NCBI GenBank assembly: GCA_044892525.1
Contig: CM097885.1
Coordinates: 30,072,001 to 30,136,000, forward strand
Source: Schmidtea polychroa
Taxonomy: Eukaryota
DNA length: 64,000 nucleotides
Direction: 5' to 3'
Positions 20,313-35,119 of the stretch are shown piece after piece. Position 1 is the first letter of the stretch; each line of letters begins with the position of its first letter. Under the pieces are notes generated by a model that was given only the letters and a program-made list of their open reading frames with translations, did no database searches and was not told the DNA's origin. The position numbers and the translations under genes are program-made.

Positions 20313-21747
20313 TAAGGTTTCTCGTTGGTTGATAGAGTGATTATGCCATGCTGGTCTATGATAAGTTGACCGTTCATCTTATTTGAATACTATTTTTAAT
20401 TTTGCATTGTATAAAAAATCTATGTGATTTCGTAGCTGAATCAAAGGGCTTACACTTAAACTAATCTATCGACCTCGCTGAGATTTTAAAAAATGGACAA
20501 GCTTTTATTATATTAATACGATACCTAGCACACCAAGCAATTATCTGTGCTCGGATTTTAATTTTCTTTAACAGTCGAAATTTTCATGAGTGGCTTATTT
20601 TGATAAGTATTTCGTTTTTGACACAATGGTGATACAATGGTAACGAGTTGGTACAAATTGCTCGTTTGCGGTATTGGCTATAGTTCTTGTTTAAAGCTTT
20701 TACTATTTTACTTTTTTTAACTTTTTATAGTTCTACTTCTGAAATCAAGGTTAAATTTATTTATATTCGATTTATAAACCCAAAATATCCGTAGAAAAAT
20801 CCACGATGTAATAATATCTAGCTGAACCTGCATGCTTCTCTAACCTTCGCTACATAATCAAACATTTATCCTGACCATATGTGTATATCTCTTATGCACT
20901 ACCATATCATACATACACACCTAATCTCCCTAGTATACTTCGTTCAGATTATTCGAAGAATTTTCACAGATACCAGATTCCAATCTGTTGAAAATCTTCT
21001 TAAATAACCTAAAAGTTTTTGTTGACCTATGAGTAAACTAAATATGAAATACAGCGTGCAGTTTTAGCTTCACATTTGTTTATTTCCATGTTTAACCTTT
21101 GATAAAACAGGAAAAACTTTTGGGTTAGTAGTTTTACTCTAATTAAAGTTACCACCTTTTTCTCGACCGATATACGAACACTCAAACCTATTAAAAAGAA
21201 TAATAATTTAAATAAAAAATCAATTTTAAAAATAAGTGTATCTATAATATTTATTTAAATATTAGTATTAAATGTATAAAACGAAAAAACAAAAACAAAA
21301 AATTAAAATTAGCACTTTTTATTTCATAATATATTAAATAAATATATCAGTCATTATGAAAGAATTATCACTTCTTCTTCCAGATATATTTTTGTTACTT
21401 TTGGCAGCCTGAAGAAACTTTGGTTTAGTTTTTATATAGTCATTAAATTCTGAGCAAGACATTTCAAAATTATTATTGAACAAATATAAAAGTATTATAT
21501 TAAATTAATATACATACTTCTGTTTTTTGAGATCATAAATTATGCTTTTTTAGCAGGTAAGAAATAACACAAGCAAGCAGCATGAAGTTGATACAGTTAT
21601 ACAATATAATAACAAAATAAATAAATTTAACGTCAAAATTTACAAAATTTGACAACACCTAACCTACTGAAAATTTTTAAGAGCACAATATTTACCCTTC
21701 AGACAAATTGAAGAAAACTCGTTACAAAAACTTAACTTTAACTTTAT

Positions 21748-22810
21748 TGTTGAGGATACCTAAATAACAATTTATAAAGAAATAAATAAAATTACCTGGG
21801 GTAAGATCGCCATGACAAACGGGACGATCTATGGAAATTCAGAAAAGAAAACGGAAGTAAAAAGAAATTAAAAATGAGAAAGGTAAAGGAAATAAAAGGA
21901 ATCAAATAGGTAAATAAAAACCTAGGTCAATACTAATTAATTAGTACAAAAAGGAAAAGGAATTTTTAAATCGGGGAAAAAGGAAAACAACAATATCCTT
22001 ATCTCGACAGCTTGCCAGTGATAACAGAATTAATGGGACAATGCGGTCAAACAAAAAAGGGAAAGGGAAAACAACTTGACAACTGTCAGAGATAAAAATG
22101 GGACAGTCGGGGAAAGCAGGAGAAAGAAAATGGAAAAACACTTGATTATCTGGAGTGCCACAAGAGAAGCAAACTATATAAGGGAAAACTGGAGGACACG
22201 AAATTTGAACAAAATTAGAGAAAAAATTAGAGAGCAAATTCAGAGACAAAATTAGAGACAAGAGTTACGCGAAATTGAGACAATTTGGAAGACGATTTGA
22301 GAGACGATTTGAGAGACGATTGAGAGATGATTTGAAAGATAAAATTATTGGGGAAAATTAGATAACGTTGGACGAAACGTTGTTGGACAAACGATTGTCA
22401 AAAATAATTGTAAAGAAAATAATTGTGGAGAATAATTATTGGAGAAGAGCGAAGAAAAGAATTAGTTGAAAAATAAAACGAAAAGAAGTTATTTGATTAG
22501 TTGAATAAAGTTGTGAAGAAATTCAAAGAAAACAACCAGCTCAAAGTCCCAGTGATAAACCAATCAGTAATTTGTGATCTTTTAATCCGGTGTTATACAC
22601 AAGTGCTATTCCTTGCCGAGTGTTGTAATAAGCATTGTATAGTCACCAAGCAGAGTGTTGAATTTATTGCCAGTGTAAAGAGAAAGATTATTTGTGATTA
22701 TCAATAAAGATTTCTGTTGTTAAGTGCTATTTGTGAATCGGTTCAAGACACGCTTGGTGTCAGAGTAACATTTAAATTTATCACCAACTCAATAACCAAA
22801 CATTATTAAC
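21748..22810 (+). mobile_element. LTR (TG...CA, ~1 kb) plus tRNA-Leu-like PBS, no coding region
   Basis: Starts TGTTGAGG, ends GACA at 22750, followed by TGGTGTCAGAG. Homologous to 31476-32420. Confidence 0.65.
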
Positions 22811-23439
22811 AAACAGGTAGTGGCATTAAGTTAAGGTAAATCAATATTTTTAAGCTAAATTAATTTTTTTAAATTTTTTACATGGAATTTAATTAATTGA
22901 TACAATAACCGAACATTTTAACGTCCGGTCTGGGTGCCAAACGAATAACGAACAATTTATTTGATTACCGAACTGTTCCTGCGAAAACCGAACGGGTGGT
23001 AAGCCTAACTCTAATTAATAAGGCTATAAAATTGAAGAGAACCTTTTAGTTTTCAAAATTATTGGGTATTTACAAAAGACGATAAAACCACCACAAGTTG
23101 TCTCATGTCCTCCTTATGATTTAAGTTTGGGTTGCTTCCTATATAAGTATTAAAATGAGTAAAATTAATGAAAATAATCATTTTTATCAATACATTATTG
23201 TTGATCCATTTTCCACCATAGAACTGTTCTTAACTTTAAAAATATAATTCATAAAAAACACGAAAACTAACTTCTTTATTTTCAAACTCTACAACTTTTT
23301 TATTAACAAATAAAATTATACATTAATCTCTTAAATTTTTTTAACCTTATTTATATTTTTTTTACAAAACATTTATTACATTTTGTTTTATTTGACTGCG
23401 GTCTCATTCCATTTAATTTATAAAAATACCAAAAACAAT

Positions 23440-25030
23440 AAGTCCATAAAAGAACTTTTCTCGGAATGGTAAATTTTTATCACAAATTTATTGAAAAAGC
23501 TTCAGAATTATTGTCACCGTTATCTTCGTTAGTCAATAGAAAGATATTGGAAACCATCAAACACTCTCATGAAGCTAAAGCAGCGTTTGAAATGGTGAAA
23601 TCAAAATTAACACTGACTCAAACAATGACCTTCCTGGATAGCGAAACAAAGGTGTCATTGACAACTGTTGCATCAGACCTAGCAGTTGGAACTGTGCTAC
23701 ATTAAGCGATACACGGAGAAACACAAGCAATAGAGTTCTTTTCAAGAAAACTATCACCTACTCAGGTTCGATACTCAGCATTCGATCGAGAGCTTTTAGC
23801 AATAGTAGAAGCCGTAAAACACTCTTCCTACAGGCTCGAAGGAAAAACATTTACAATATTCACTAACCACAAACCTTTGGTTCATGGGTTAAAGATGAAG
23901 AAACCATCTCCTCGGCAATAACACCAAATTTCATTTTTATCCGAATTTAATCTTAATATTAAATATAACGCCGGTATAGATAAAGTAGTAGCAGATTGTC
24001 TATCAAAAGCTTCGATAAATGTCATTCAATTCCAAGAAGATCTCCATAAAGCCCGAGTCAGAGCGCTAAGTCCTGAGAGTGCAGATATAGAAAAGTTTAA
24101 TGAGGTCATTGAAGAAGATGGTATATTTTATGATATGTCAATATCTAAAGAATTACGGAAGGATGTATTCAAAATATTACATCAGTATCATCAACCTGGG
24201 TTTAATGTAATTTATCAGCTGACAAAACTCAGAGCATCTTGGCCTAGAATGAAAAAGATATGCTAGAGTGATGCTGCAACTGCGTTGAGTGTCAAGCAGA
24301 TAAAATTCACAAGCAATTAAAATCCCATATACAGAGTTTTCCTGCCGGAAATAGATTTGAAGTGCTGCATGAAGATATTGTTTGACCACTACCACCATCT
24401 AATAATCACGATGGATAGATATTCCCGTTGACTGGAAGCACTTCCAGTCATGTCATGATGGTAGAAACGATTGTAAAAGTAATAACAAATGCGTGGTTTG
24501 CGAGATATGGAATTTCAAATCATATTATAACCGATCAAGGAACTCTATTTGAGAGTAAAGTGAAGCACATTCGTTCAACTGTATATCATATGCAATCAAA
24601 TGGATTGATTGAAAAATTTCAAGATGCATGGCACAAAAGTGCAGATGGTCGAAAGGTTCAAAAATGATATTACTGGGTGGAGAAACTCTCCACACATTCT
24701 AAAAAACATATCACTATCGTAAATGTTATTTGGTAGTGGTGCTATGTTACCAGGATATATATTCACTAGAAGAGGCTTGTCGAAGTTTCAGTACACTAAA
24801 TACCAACCCTGATCTAAGATATCCAAAAGCAGATAGAATCAATATTCCGCGGAATCGGCCATTGAAGAAATTGGTATGGTTAGAACACCAGAAACAGAGA
24901 TACACTGGACCGTAAAAAGTCGTGTCAATACAACTAAATATCGTAACAATAAGCAAGGATTCGAAAGAAGTTACAGTGAATATGCAAAGATTAAAACCTG
25001 CTATAATCGAAGAAGATAAAAACAAAAATT
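23440..25030 (+). mobile_element. Old Gypsy pol relic (RT end, RNase H, integrase)
   Basis: GMVNFYHKFI, TVASDLAVGTVL, YSAFDRELLAI, TNHKPL, ITDQGTLFES, HMQSNGLIEKF and YTGP, with many stops. Confidence 0.85.
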
Positions 25031-25763
25031 CAAATGAAACAAGTTCAGAAGATGACTGTTTCTGCAATGCAGTATCCTATTATTTTATATATTTAATTAG
25101 AAAAAATATTTGTTTGAATAATTAGAAAAAAACGAAGTACCGGAAATTTGAATTTGGAGATAAGAGAGATTATGATAATAATAAATTATTGAATTTCTTA
25201 TTTGTAAGTCCTTAACACATGATAATTAAAGGTTATGTGTCGCTGGAGTCCTGTAATAGAATTAAGTTAATGTAAACTAGTTCAGATTAGCAATGTTAAG
25301 CTTCACTTTAAGTTTCATTTGTAAGAACACGAATTAATATAAACTATTATAGAATCACGTAGTTATTAATGTTCAATGTTTTGATGGGAGGTTGGAGTTG
25401 TGTCATGTCCTCGCTATGTACGATATGAATAAATTATTAATCCATCCTTATAAATTCTGAAATAACTAAATTCATAGCGCATTTCGTTGTATCTATAGTG
25501 TTTGAGAAAAACTTAAAACTAATTTTCATATGTGAGATACAGTCTTTTTATTACAATGAATACTAAATAGATAGTTAAATTTGATATTTTACTTTTGTTT
25601 TAATAATTTTAAATTATAAGTGCCTTTAAACAGCTTTGAAATTATAAGAATTCATTTATTATTGCTCTTTCAATTACAAAGTTTATATAAGCATTTATTA
25701 TTTTTAAAATTTTGCTAAGTATGTGTATTTTTCATTTTTAAATTTAATCAAATTAAATTTCAG

Positions 25764-28700
25764 ATGTCATTAAACGGCCAACATGTTGTAAAAATTGGAG
25801 ATAGCATTAGGAAAAATCAGAAAAGTAATTTAATTACATTTCGCTATGACTTTTTACCGGGATCTGTTGCCACTAATAAACCTGGCGAAGTTAAAGTCGA
25901 TACAGATAAAGGCGTTAGTGTTAAACTTCCAAATCAACCCGGTTCAAATCCAGATCACACTTTATATAAAGGCGCATACAAAGAAGCTGTAAAGGAATGC
26001 GTTCTTATTGTTGATAGAATTGTAAATTATATTACAATTGGAAAATACAATTAATAATACATCCTAGACAGGTCAAATGACACTCGAAAAAATTGACTAT
26101 AATGTTAATTTGAAAAATTGTCGAGTACCGGTTACAGTATCTAATAACAATAATAACAATAATAATATTTCCAATAGTAAAGTAAAAGTAGTCGAAGAAA
26201 CTAAATTATCAGATAATTCAGATGATGTAAATATTTATTATCACATTATATAGTAAATTATTCAGATAGGTGGTTATGGATGTCCATGCTACTGATCGCC
26301 ATGAAAACAATGGCAAAATTGTTAATTATTATTTTATTAATTGATATAAAGATGTAGATTAATAATAAAAGAATTATGATAAATAGGAAACATGATAAAT
26401 AATAATAATTTTCTAGCATTGGGTAACTGAGCAACAAGATCAGAAAATAGTAAATTTAAATATTTCCTTTGCTTTTCAACATCTTCCTATAGTCAGAGCT
26501 TGTAACTTTCGTATTTGGTGGTGGTAGTGACAAAGGGTGGGGCCTTAGATGCACCTGTGTTCCGAAACGTCTCCCATGCTTTCTTAATATATAAACAGTG
26601 ATTTTATTATAAATTATTTCATTAATATTGTCATTTTAATAACATTTTAATGGAATAATGATATTTATAAATGATTTGTAAATTAGTATGTATAATAAAA
26701 GAGTTTACTAATTCATTTTAACACGTTTCTCGCCTAGCTTTTAGTTTGAAGCGAAATTTGCAATTGAAAAGCGTTGAATTTATATGGTTTCTTTCGATTT
26801 GTTCTAAAGCATCCAATGACAAGCACTCTATGGAGATTTGTTTTGCTGTAAATCTACCTCATATTTGACAATATTGCGGTATAGTGTCAGGTCTGCGCCA
26901 AAACCCTTCTCTGTGTATTAACTAATCCTAGGTAAACTGATGATGTAATCATATACAATATTACGTAATCACATGTTATATATGTATGTAATTCCGCTTG
27001 TTATCAATATTACATATTTACAAACTAAGGCTGTACTTAATTAATTAACAAATTTAAATATTGTTTATTGATTAATTTAGAATTTTATAAGTATGATATG
27101 TAATCAATAATTGTAAATATTATATTAATAATTTAAATGTAAGTATAGTTATAATATAATTTAAATTAACAAAATGATTGCAGAATGATGTTTTCTGGTT
27201 TAAGATATTGTTGGCGTAAAACAATCCTCTTGTTTGAATATTGTGAATAAAAATAAATATTGGAATTTTGAATATTTAATTAATTTAAATGGATATAATT
27301 AATACTCGATCCACACAGCTTAATTGAAGTTGCTAATTCTTTCGCTTTGAGCAGGCTAAAATTAAATTCTTCAGAAAATAAGTTTATTAATATTTTTAAC
27401 CAATGAGAAGTAAGAAAAGGGAAATAAAAGAGAAGATCAAAAAGCAAGATTAAATAATAATAATAAACATTCAGTATTTTAATTAAAAATTAATAATTTA
27501 AAATAATATAGAAAAAAGATCAAAAATAAATCAAAATAGTAAAACATTTTTTATAAATATTTTATGATATTATTTATTAAAATAGGTTTTTATGAGCTAA
27601 TTATAGAAGCTTTAAAAATTAAAAAATTAGAGAATAAATTCATTAAATTTTTAAATTCCTTGGAAAAACGTTTATTATTTTTAACCAATGAAAAGTAAGA
27701 AAAATGAAATAAAATAGACGATCAAAAAGCAAGATGAAAAAATAATAATATTAAACGTTCAGTATTTTAATCAAAATGTTCAGTAATTATTTTTCAGTCG
27801 TTTTAAAAAAATTAAATTAAAGATAATAATTTAAAATAATAGAAAAATAGATAAAATATAATTTTAATAGATCATTAGGATTTAAAAATCAAAATACACA
27901 ATTTTAAAAATATTTAAATTGCGTATATAAATAGTTATTGGAAACTATATTTTTAAATATTTTTAAATATTTTTTAGTGTTTTGTTTTGAATTTAAAAGG
28001 ATATTTAATTAAAAAAAAATTTAAATTCTTCAAAATGAAATGTGTATTATTTTTAACCAATGAGAAAAAAGAAAATAAAAGAGAAGATCAAATTATAATA
28101 ATATTTAAAGTTTAGTATTTTAATTAAAATGTTCAGTAAATACGCATTAGTAGCTTTAAAAAAAAATTAAATTAAAAAATTATAATTTAAAATAATGTAG
28201 AAAAATAGATCAAAATGGAAAAAAATTGTGTATAAATAGTTAATGGAAACTATATTTTATAAATATTTTAATATATTATTTGCAGCAACATGCTTAAATT
28301 GTCATTTAATTGTTTAAAATAATGATGATATTATTAATAAACGTTCAATATTTAAATGAAAATGTTCAGTAATTATTTTTCAGTCGTTAAAAAAAAATTA
28401 AATTAAAAATAATAATTTAAAATAATAGAAAAATAGATAAAATATAATTTTAATAGATCATTAGGATTTAAAAATCAAAATACACATTTTTGAAAATATT
28501 TAAATTGCGTATATAAATAGTTATTGGAAACTATATTTTTAAAAATTTTTAAATATTTTTTAGTGTTTTGTTTTGAATTTAAAAGGATATTTAATTAAAA
28601 AAAAATTAAATTCTTCAAAATGAAATGTGTATTATTTTTAACCAATGAGAAAAAAGAAAATAAAAGTGAAGATCAAATTATAATAATATTTAACATTCAG

Positions 28701-29742
28701 TATTTAATTTAAAATGTACAGTAATTATGTTTCAGTAGCTTTTAAAAAATATTAAATTAAAAAATAATAATTTAAAATAATGTAAAATAATAGATAAAAT
28801 ATAATTTTAAAAGATCATTATGATTTAAAAATCAAAATACACATTTTTTAAAAATTTTAAATGTTTTATTTTTGTTTCGTTTGGAATTTAAGAGGATATA
28901 TAATTAAAAAAATTTTAAATTCTTCAAAAAAATATTTATTATTTTTAACTAATGAGAAGTAAGAAAAAGAAAATAAGAGGGAAGATCAAATTATATTTAA
29001 CATTCAGTATTTTAATTAAAATTATGTAATTATGTTTAAAAAAAAATTAAATTCAAAAATAATAATTTATTAAAATAATATAGAAAAATAGATCAAAATT
29101 GTGACATAAAAGAAATAGGAAATAAAAGAGAAGATCAGAAAGCATTTTGAAAATAGAAGAAACCCAATTTCAGGAAATTGGAAAGGAATATCTTAAAGTG
29201 GAAAATATTTTCATTTGTATTAAATATATTATTCTCAGCAAAAGGCTTAAATTATACTTTAATTGTTTACTATTTCTTTACTCTAATTTCATGTGACAGA
29301 GTCTACAATAATAATTTGATTTTGAATAGTTGTTTCTTACAACGATTCTATTTATCAAGTTCAAGCTTTCTTAATCTACATTTTCCCATAGTTTTGTAAA
29401 CATATTATTATTATTATTATTTCTGATAATGATAATGATAAATACCAGGAGTCAGGTAAAGGAAATACAGCTTATGTTGATCCACTTTTTGGAGATTTTA
29501 CTAAACTTGATAACCGAAACCTCTCGGATTCTGATGAAGAAATGACCAATGATAATAACCATAATGAAATCAGTGATGAAGTTTTGAATGATCTCAATAT
29601 AACGGAAAGTGACATGGACAGTGATTCTGATGATGGTAAACACAATGATGTTACTGCTCAAGTGGCAGAAGATCTTCAAATGACCGACAGTAGCATGAGC
29701 AATTCCGACAGCTCCTCCAGTGATTCGGAAATTATTAATTAA
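25764..29742 (+). CDS. EAF: ELL-associated factor (EAF1/2-like); exons 25764-26021, 26068-26226, 26270-26320 (less certain), 29449-29742
   Basis: RYDFLPGSV, YKGAYKEAVKECVLIVDRI|TGQMTLEK (EAF domain). Acidic/Ser-rich tail ends AEDLQMTDSS, like the EAF DLQLSES motif. GT-AG introns join in phase 0. Confidence 0.85.
27360..29150. repeat. AT-rich degenerate satellite in the EAF intron
   Basis: Unit ...TTTTAACCAATGAGAA...GAAGATCAAA... recurs at ~27395, 27680, 28052, 28637 and 28945. 27770-28140 is nearly identical to 28360-28720. Confidence 0.85.
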
Positions 29743-30139
29743 AAATCAATTAATCCCAAAAAATTGATTTTCTGCTTTTGAGCGTTCAAATTTATGTGTT
29801 TGTTTTTAATTGTTTATTTCACTGTTTTTTCCATTTAAATTTTTATCATAAAAATTTTTACATAAAAACAAGAATTAAATTTACCAATCAAATCTTCGAT
29901 TCCAAAGCGTGCTTTATTTGATTCACAAAATAACGATTCGCAGACAAGATATACATTTATTGATTATCACATTTGATTGCACGAATTATAACAACACGAT
30001 CGGTTCAACATGCAAACAGGTAATTACATATAATTTATTACGACACCACGTGAGGAATAGCCATACTTCCAATTACTCAACAATTACCAGCCGCTCATCT
30101 GACTCAATAATTTGGTAAATTGGATTGAACTCAGTTTTG

Positions 30140-30692
30140 TTACACTGTTAAATTCTAATTTCGAATTATCATTTTAATTTTTCCTTTGATTACTATTTTA
30201 AGACTTGCTTTTATAATTCGCACTTGTCCGACACTTATGATACATCTTTTTTCATTACTGTCTCCATAATTTGATTAGGCCTTGTGTTCGGAACTCGAGA
30301 TAATTTGTCATTTTTCCCATTTTTGCTTCTGCATTTTCCATACGTTTTCCAACTCCCGTGTTGTCCCTGGCAGTTCGGCACTTAGGTTTTCTGACATTTT
30401 TTTCTTATTTCCGACGTTATCTCTGAAAGTTCGGAGATGCCAATTTTGCTTTCATGTTTTGTTTTTGTTTTCATTTTTTGAATTTCTTTTTGATTTCTTG
30501 CAGTTATTAATTATAAGTGAGCTTTTTTCGCCTTATTGTTGCATTTCTTTTGTTTTGTTATTCCTCAATTTCTCTATTTCTCAATTTTTTCCCTTTTCTG
30601 TTTTCTTCAAGTTCTCGAGTGCTATCCCAATCAAGCTATCAGTTTTATTCCAAGTTGTAATTATTTATATTATTATTTAGGTATCCTCAACA
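30140..30692 (-). mobile_element. Partial LTR related to 21748 (inverted)
   Basis: Minus strand begins TGTTGAGGATACCTAAATAA, identical to the start at 21748. Left boundary approximate. Confidence 0.55.
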
Positions 30693-31475
30693 TAGTAAAA
30701 GTTGATTAAACATTTTAATGTAACATAAATTCTGATTTATATATGGTTACAAATATTTAGATTTTTAAGGCGTATACTTTAATTTTATATAAAGAAAAAT
30801 TTGAAAATTCAATAAAGTTCATTTTAAAAAGTACTAAATTTAACCAATTTGAAAGAATAAAAATATTACTGATGATCATTATTAACATTTGAAAACAGGT
30901 AAGTCAAATTCTCTATGGTGGTTTGAAACCACGAAACAGTAAATTGTTGGGTAAAAACTAAAATAAAGCTTTTATTTCTTTTAGAGAATAAGAATTTATA
31001 TTTTAATTGATAAAACTTCGGCAGTGAAGAATCAACTGGTACACCTAAAAAGCATAGAAAAAGCACTAAGTTGAACAAAATAAAATAACATCAGGTAAAT
31101 CAAATTAAACACAACAAAAGAGGGTAAATAAAAACAAAATTAATTAAAAATCGAAAACCGCAAGCAGTAGCACAAGTTACACATGTCAGTCAGCATGAGA
31201 AAAATAATAATCGCTTAAAAAGTCGTAAAAATGCAGAAAATACCCCCGAAAAGAAGGTATATAAAGCGACACGAAATGACAATCGGGATCGTGGTAAATA
31301 AATTAATTTGGAAAAAATTAAATAACGAAATTACTTGAACCAATCCAATTATAAATAGAAAATAAAATAAAAAAACAAATTTAGATAATTTGACACCCGT
31401 ACTCGATCCTGATTATCTTAAAGCTTACCCCAAACATATTATATAGGTCCATCTCTGTGGACATTTCACTGCTAT

Positions 31476-32420
31476 TGTTGAGCAACCTAAATAACAATTT
31501 ATAAATAAAATTACCTTGGGGAAGATCGCCATGACAAACGGAACGATCTATGGAAACTCAGAAAAGAAAACGGAAGTAAAAAGAAATTAAAAATGAGAAA
31601 GATAAAGGAAATAAAAGGAAATAAAAGGAATCAAACATGAAAATAAAAGCCAATGTCAATACTAATCAATTAGTACAAAAAGGAAAAGGAATTTTGAAAT
31701 CAGGAAAAAAGGAAAGCAACAATATTCTTATCTCGACAGCCTGCCAGTGATAACGTAATAGCTGGGAGAAGGCGGTCCAACAAAAAAAGGGAAAAGGAAA
31801 AATATCTTGACATCTGTTAGAGATAAAGCTGACAAAGCGGGGAACGCAGAAGAAAATAAAAATAGGAAAATAAAATCTGTCGCCAGTGCCATAAACAAAA
31901 TAACTATATAAAGGTAAACTGTTGGACGAGAAATCAGAGCAAAAAGTAGAACGAAAACAGAACGAAATTGAGAACAAAACGAAACGAAATTAGAGACAAA
32001 AAGTAGAGCAGAATTAGAGACGAAAAGAGTTAAAAAGGAGAATCAAAACAGAGTGAAAAGAAAAGTGACGAGAATCTTATATAAAATTGAATATAAAGTA
32101 AAAGTGGAGTAAATAAATTGTGTGGTCAAAGCAAATAGAACAATCGATCAACGTATCCTGTAATTGAGTAGTTGACGGCTAGTGATTATTGTTGTGATTA
32201 CAGAAAGGGCTATTCTTCACGTAGCGTCGAAATAAGCACTGTGTGATAAATTGGTTTAGAGTTAATTCGTTGTAATTGAAATTTGTACAATTCCGTGTGG
32301 ATATTAATAAAACTTATTGTGTTCGAGAGTGTTGAATTGTGAATTAATAAACACGCTTTGGAGTCAGAGTAAAAGTTTGAATTTACAAACAGTTTCACCA
32401 ACCCAATAACCCAACACTAT
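31476..32420 (+). mobile_element. LTR plus degenerate PBS, same family as 21748
   Basis: TGTTGAGCAACCTAAATAACAATTT...GATCGCCATGACAAACGG...; ends AAACA at 32353, then TGGAGTCAGAGT. Confidence 0.65.
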
Positions 32421-35119
32421 TTTTTAAACTCCTATAGGTAAAAATTTGTTCTTATAGATAATAAATGACTGCTATTTTTTAAACTCTTACAGGTGAATTA
32501 TATATTCGATTTTCATTTTCAACGTATTCAGCTAAGCAAAATTTTTATTTCAAAATAATCAGTTATTCAAATTCCGTTAATTCCACAAATCAGTCGGTAG
32601 TAACCTTTGGGATGATTGCAATTGTAGTAAATTTTGTTTTGTCATATATAACGTAGAATTATATGTATAGAATGTGTTTAACATTAATTTCAATTTCATT
32701 GATTAAATGTGTTTACTAAATATTTTTCATTCTTTTTCCTCGACAAATATCACATAAATATTTTAGTAAATTATTTTTATTTGGTCTATGCATATGTTGT
32801 CACTGAGATACCAGATTGGCTACGAGTGTGAAAAGAACAGGTGTCTTTTCACTGAATGGGTCAAAGGTGTGATTTCAAGCCCGCAGTTGAATGGACGTCG
32901 GTTTGGAGGGCCTCCAGCGACTCCATCACTGTTGTGAATTTTAGAGTACACTAGAAACGGAAAATCCAAGCGCGATAAAAATTTGAGAGAATTGTTTGAG
33001 ATAGAACTGGCGAAAATAATGAAATCGGAGTACAAGATTGACATGTAGTTCCACGAATATAATTAAATAGACATGGCTGAGGAGGTCCGGGAATTTCTGT
33101 TGAAACGATGATTTTCAGGGAAACGAGAAAATCGATAAATCTCATTCGCTCGCCAATAATCCAAAAAATCGAAGAATTCATTACATTAATCGTTACTTTC
33201 CACGTTAGATAAGTACTATCTTTACCGATTCGGAGAAGCATTCGTTAAATCAATCACATTACAGACGAATTAGACATGAATCTTTAGGGAGAATGAGCTG
33301 TTCCGGTTTAGGAGGTGACCGACCGTACGATCGCCATCACATACTTATTAGCACCGATCCGATCTAGTATTAAGAATTCGTTTCTCATACAAGAGCATTT
33401 GACCATAAATTTGTAAGTATAACCATCTGAAATAGCTCACGATTTAGTCAAAGCGTGGTAGCAGATTAATTGACGAGTATGGTGAGCAATCGCGTTAGCA
33501 CTCAATTTTGTGTAATGCATGCAAAAATAATATAGCGTTTTCTTCCGAAATTAAACATTGATTAACAAATTGCAACATATTAATATTTTCATATTATTGT
33601 TGGGCTAGAACTGATCTCTAGGCCCAAACTTCTAATTGTGACTGAAATGCGTAGGTACACAACATGCAAAAAGCAAAAAGTATAGTTAAATATTGAAAAG
33701 CTACACCAAATAAACAATAATAATTAGAAGAGAAACAACAAAAAAAAATGTAAACACAGAAATTAAATAAAATTATACAAAAGCAAGAAGTTATGCAAAA
33801 TCTAACTCAAAATAGCCAAATAAACACAGAGTTACAAAAAACAAACTCGAATAACTTAAAAGATGGTAAAAATAGCAAAAAATTCCAGAAAAACCCAGAA
33901 CATTCCATAAAAATGGCAATGACCATCATAAAAGCTACCTTAAACAATAAAATTTAGAAAAATAAATAAATTAGTATTAAAAATAAAATTTCTTAAAAAG
34001 AAATTCGTAAAATATCAGTTAAAAATAAAAATTGAATTAAAAGGATTATGGAATGTTCTGGAACCGTTCCAAATCCATCATGGAGGAAAAATTAGCAAAA
34101 AAAAATTTAGGAAATAAAATTTTAAAAATAAAAATAAAAATTATGACGCAAAAATCGCCATTAAAAATATCAAAATTACAAAATAGAAACTTCTGGAATA
34201 AAAAGAATTCGAGTTTGTTTTAATGCATCAATACATACACGTGTACAAAATAGGTATATATACCGACGCATTTTCGTCACAATTCAGATATTTTTGTATG
34301 CCAAAAATTTTTACCGAAACTTCAAGCAGTATTGAAAGTAAGGATGATCGATTATATTTATTATATAATTATTATTTTATGATACATTATATTGATTTTG
34401 TCCCTTTTTTGTTATCATTCTACTATTATGTAACAAGAGTGACCAGCGTCGTCGACGAGTTCGCGACGCTGATCAGCCTTGTTTCCAATAACTATTTTAC
34501 ATGCACGATACGGGTCTACGACCCCACATGCACTAAATTTCATTTTTTAACCGGAAGGTCGCCACGAACAAATGGTTTCTAACCAGGAGTAGGGCGGTAA
34601 ATCCATCCAGGTAGTTGGCATAGTCGCAGGGACTATGCGGGCAAGTAATCGCGGGAAACATATTACAATAAGGCCTATCGTACCGTATTCAGTTGAATCG
34701 GGAAAGTAGGAAAATTTTAATTAATTCGATCTTCCGGTAAACAACATATCTAAAATTCACATTCAACTATTCCATAGGAAAACATCATAAAGAAAATCTA
34801 AAATGGGAAATGTCCCAGACTTAAATCACTACAACGATTTTCAAGTAGTCGGCTAATTGCACAAACCATCCAATTATTTGGTATACCTAATGTTGAATAT
34901 TGTTAATAGACTTTGTTGATATTATTGATAATTTTATTGATCAGAAAATTAGCACTCAATAACTTGAATCTAAGAAAATTTCAATGTTATAATCATTTAG
35001 TTTACTATGGGCTATCGAATATTAATATCCAGATTATCGGGATGATAGACATTAACTCTTAAATGTATATGTACTGAAGTCCAGTTAATTTTTACAATCT
35101 ATATTGACCCAAGTTTTTG

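Noticed and set aside
21361..21610. Possible small spliced gene on the minus strand
   Set aside because: Could not assemble a consistent ORF or recognise a family.
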